IMG/VR virus record: IMGVR_UViG_3300047095_000168
Coordinates: 1-36,177 of that record
Strand: one strand, 5' to 3'
Length of the DNA stretch: 36,177 bases
From: a virus
Taxonomy: Duplodnaviria; Caudoviricetes
In this document: piece after piece, positions 34,338 to 36,177 of the stretch
Layout: each line of letters begins with the position of its first letter
How positions within the stretch are numbered: the first letter of the stretch is position 1
Position numbers and translations under genes: made by a program
Notes under the pieces: generated by a model
What the model saw: the letters and a program-made list of their open reading frames with translations, nothing else
The model's database searches: none
Told to the model about the DNA's origin: nothing

Positions 34338-34928
34338 TCATCCCTCCACGAAAATGCTGTCCTTGCCGATGACCCTGGCGACTTTGTACCCAAACAAGCC
34401 CAGAACCCTTTCGGCATCCTGGCCTGGGCGTTCCACAATCAGGACCGGCTTGTGGGCCTTGATCGTGTGTAGCGCACCGACGATCACCCGATGCTCGAAG
34501 CCCTCCGTGTCGATCTTGATGAGCCCCAGGTTGGCGTAGCTGAACTCGTCGATGGCGTACATTGGCACCGACCCGGTGGCGGAGGCCTCGAAGCCACGCG
34601 CTCCGGAGTTCGCCAAGGCGTCCACCCGGACATCCCCCATGCCCCGCTGCGCGCCAGCAGCCCCGAAGGTGGCCTTCACATCCCAGTCCTGCGCGTTGCG
34701 GACAAGGCAGGCGTAGTTCCTGGCGTCAGGCTCGAAGGCGTGGACCAGGGAGAAGGCGTGTGACATCCTGCGCGTGAAGATGCCGATGTGCGCGCCCACG
34801 TCGATTGCGGTGCCGAACGTGCGGACGTACTCCACGGCCGCGTCATACGACGCCCTCTGGTAGTTCGTGACGTCACCGAAGAAATGCTCGTCGGCGCTCG
34901 GCAGCCACCAGTCCCCAATCTTCTTCAC
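34338..34928 (-). CDS. FkbM-family SAM methyltransferase
   Basis: IDVGAHIG, HAFEP, IKIDTEGFE and KPVLIVE motifs. Confidence 0.9.
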   Translation of the reverse strand: MKKIGDWWLPSADEHFFGDVTNYQRASYDAAVEYVRTFGTAIDVGAHIGIFTRRMSHAFSLVHAFEPDARNYACLVRNAQDWDVKATFGAAGAQRGMGDVRVDALANSGARGFEASATGSVPMYAIDEFSYANLGLIKIDTEGFEHRVIVGALHTIKAHKPVLIVERPGQDAERVLGLFGYKVARVIGKDSIFVEG

Positions 34929-35668
34929 TCGAACTTCCCCTTCTGCTTGAGCATCAGGTCATACTCGTTTGTCCACCACCCGCCGAACGGGACGTCCCGC
35001 ATATGCTCGAACCACGGACCGCCATCGGTGAAGTGCATCAGGCGCGGCTTGACGTTGTGCTTCGTGTGGCCGACCAGGAAGTTCCAGCCAGGGGACAGAT
35101 CCCCGATCTCTCCGTCATCCAGCCAGGAGAAGGTGTGCAACTCCCTGCCCGTTGCCGTGTTCACGAACTCGGGGGTGAGCGCTCGGTTCGCCGGATGCTC
35201 GCAGTTGAAGAGGATGACCGACGACCAGTTCTTTCGGGGATACGGCTTCTGAATCTGCCCATCCATCTTGATCTGGTTTTGCGGTATGTGGTTCTGTTTG
35301 ACGACCATCACAGCGAACCTTGAGTCCGCTTCCGCGACTAGGTTCGATACGTCGTCTAGCCACAGGACATCACAGTCCGTGAAGAGCGCCCATCCCTTAT
35401 AGCCCTGCAACGCCGGGACGAGGAACCGGGTGAAAGCGAACTCGGTCGAGAACGGCAGTCCGTCCAGCATGTCGAACAGTTGGCCGGTCTGCGGGTTGAT
35501 CCCCCATTGCCGCGTGAAGAACCCGCTCGCGCGCAGGTCCTTGTGGCGAAGCGCCCGGACGTACAGGCCGATGCTGCTCTTGCGCTGCGCGGAGAACGAG
35601 CAGACGTCGAATGCGTCGGCCTCCCGCGCGTCGTAGCCGATCCAGTACGGGAGAGGGTCAGGGGTCAC
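34925..35668 (-). CDS. GT-A nucleotide-diphospho-sugar transferase (GT8/CDI-like)
   Basis: IGYDARE, STEFAFTRFLVP, FTDCD (DxD), YPRKNWSS, WNFLVG and HFTDGGPW motifs. GTG start at 35668 after GGAGG (ATG 35680 is an alternative). Confidence 0.85.
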   Translation of the reverse strand: MTPDPLPYWIGYDAREADAFDVCSFSAQRKSSIGLYVRALRHKDLRASGFFTRQWGINPQTGQLFDMLDGLPFSTEFAFTRFLVPALQGYKGWALFTDCDVLWLDDVSNLVAEADSRFAVMVVKQNHIPQNQIKMDGQIQKPYPRKNWSSVILFNCEHPANRALTPEFVNTATGRELHTFSWLDDGEIGDLSPGWNFLVGHTKHNVKPRLMHFTDGGPWFEHMRDVPFGGWWTNEYDLMLKQKGKFE

Positions 35669-36176
35669 GGCGGCCTCCATCGAAGTTCATCATGACGAGC
35701 GCATTGCTGCGGAAACGGTGGCTGTTGATGAAGTCGGCCCAGACGCCCTCGCCCCAGAGCGTCAGGTGGGCGTTGCGGCCATCTGGCAGGGTTTTCTTGG
35801 CGGGGAAAGTCGCGATCCCGAACAGCGCGAACTTGCGCGCCCGCATGGTCACGTCGAAGACCGCGCGTCGCAGTTCGTCGCCTTCGAGATGCTCCAAGAC
35901 GTCGAGACAGATCACCCCATCGAACTTCTGGAAGAGGCTTGGCGGGGTGTCGATACCCGGGACGGCGGGGTCGTAGAGCGTCGGGCGCTCCACACCCCAC
36001 TTCTCATGCAGCTTCAGGGAGTCGTACTGCATCCCCTTTCCGCTGCCGTAGTCGAGGATCGTCTTGGCGTCGAACTCCTTGATCGCCTCCTGCACGACAC
36101 TGGACCACTTCTCCGTGCTGTGGCCGGGGAACTTCCCCTCCGCGTGCATCTGCTTGTAAAGGGGGAGCGTCGTCAT
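35658..36176 (-). CDS. class I SAM-dependent methyltransferase
   Basis: ILDYGSGKG, YDPA, FDGVICLDVLEH and DGRNAH motifs. Confidence 0.85.
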   Translation of the reverse strand: MTTLPLYKQMHAEGKFPGHSTEKWSSVVQEAIKEFDAKTILDYGSGKGMQYDSLKLHEKWGVERPTLYDPAVPGIDTPPSLFQKFDGVICLDVLEHLEGDELRRAVFDVTMRARKFALFGIATFPAKKTLPDGRNAHLTLWGEGVWADFINSHRFRSNALVMMNFDGGRRDP

Positions 36177-36177
36177 G

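Noticed and set aside
7398-34372. Long + strand ORFs (e.g. 7398-8654, 10829-12403, 17744-19441, 19901-21511, 21403-22521, 32447-34372)
   Set aside because: They are antisense shadows of well-supported - strand genes, expected from high-GC codon bias. They show no recognisable motifs.
32372-36176. Cassette read as a host LPS/capsule island or prophage boundary
   Set aside because: The genes are translationally coupled to the portal with the same codon style, and no att site, integrase, flippase or polymerase genes are visible.

Overview
This window is about 36 kb of a high-GC tailed phage genome with podovirus-type organisation. An alphaproteobacterial host is plausible but is only an inference. 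There are two convergent transcription blocks. The + strand (1-4844) carries early genes: small modular ORFs, an HExxH peptidase-like protein, a replisome-organizer-like protein, a sigma70-like promoter, and a YqaJ exonuclease/ERF/SSB-like/UvsY-like recombination cluster. The - strand (36176 down to 4841) is one late operon. It starts with a four-gene methyltransferase/glycosyltransferase cassette translationally coupled to the portal gene. Next come about 7.5 kb of fibre-like, Ser/Thr/Ala-rich and tiny basic proteins, a structured leader, GroES, scaffold, decoration and major capsid genes, and a UUCG terminator. Then follow a triple-repeat decoration-like protein, tail adaptor and nozzle, three ejection-type proteins, a fibre, and a holin plus GH108 endolysin. 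No terminase, integrase, tRNA or CRISPR array was seen. The best candidate for an undescribed system is a virion glycan-building cassette (two GT-A enzymes, a Maf/DUF115-like domain and two SAM methyltransferases) with Ser/Thr-rich virion proteins as possible acceptors. The second candidate is a three-element structured RNA that sequesters the groES ribosome-binding site and sits behind a 13-aa leader peptide. All family calls come from motif recognition by eye, not database searches.
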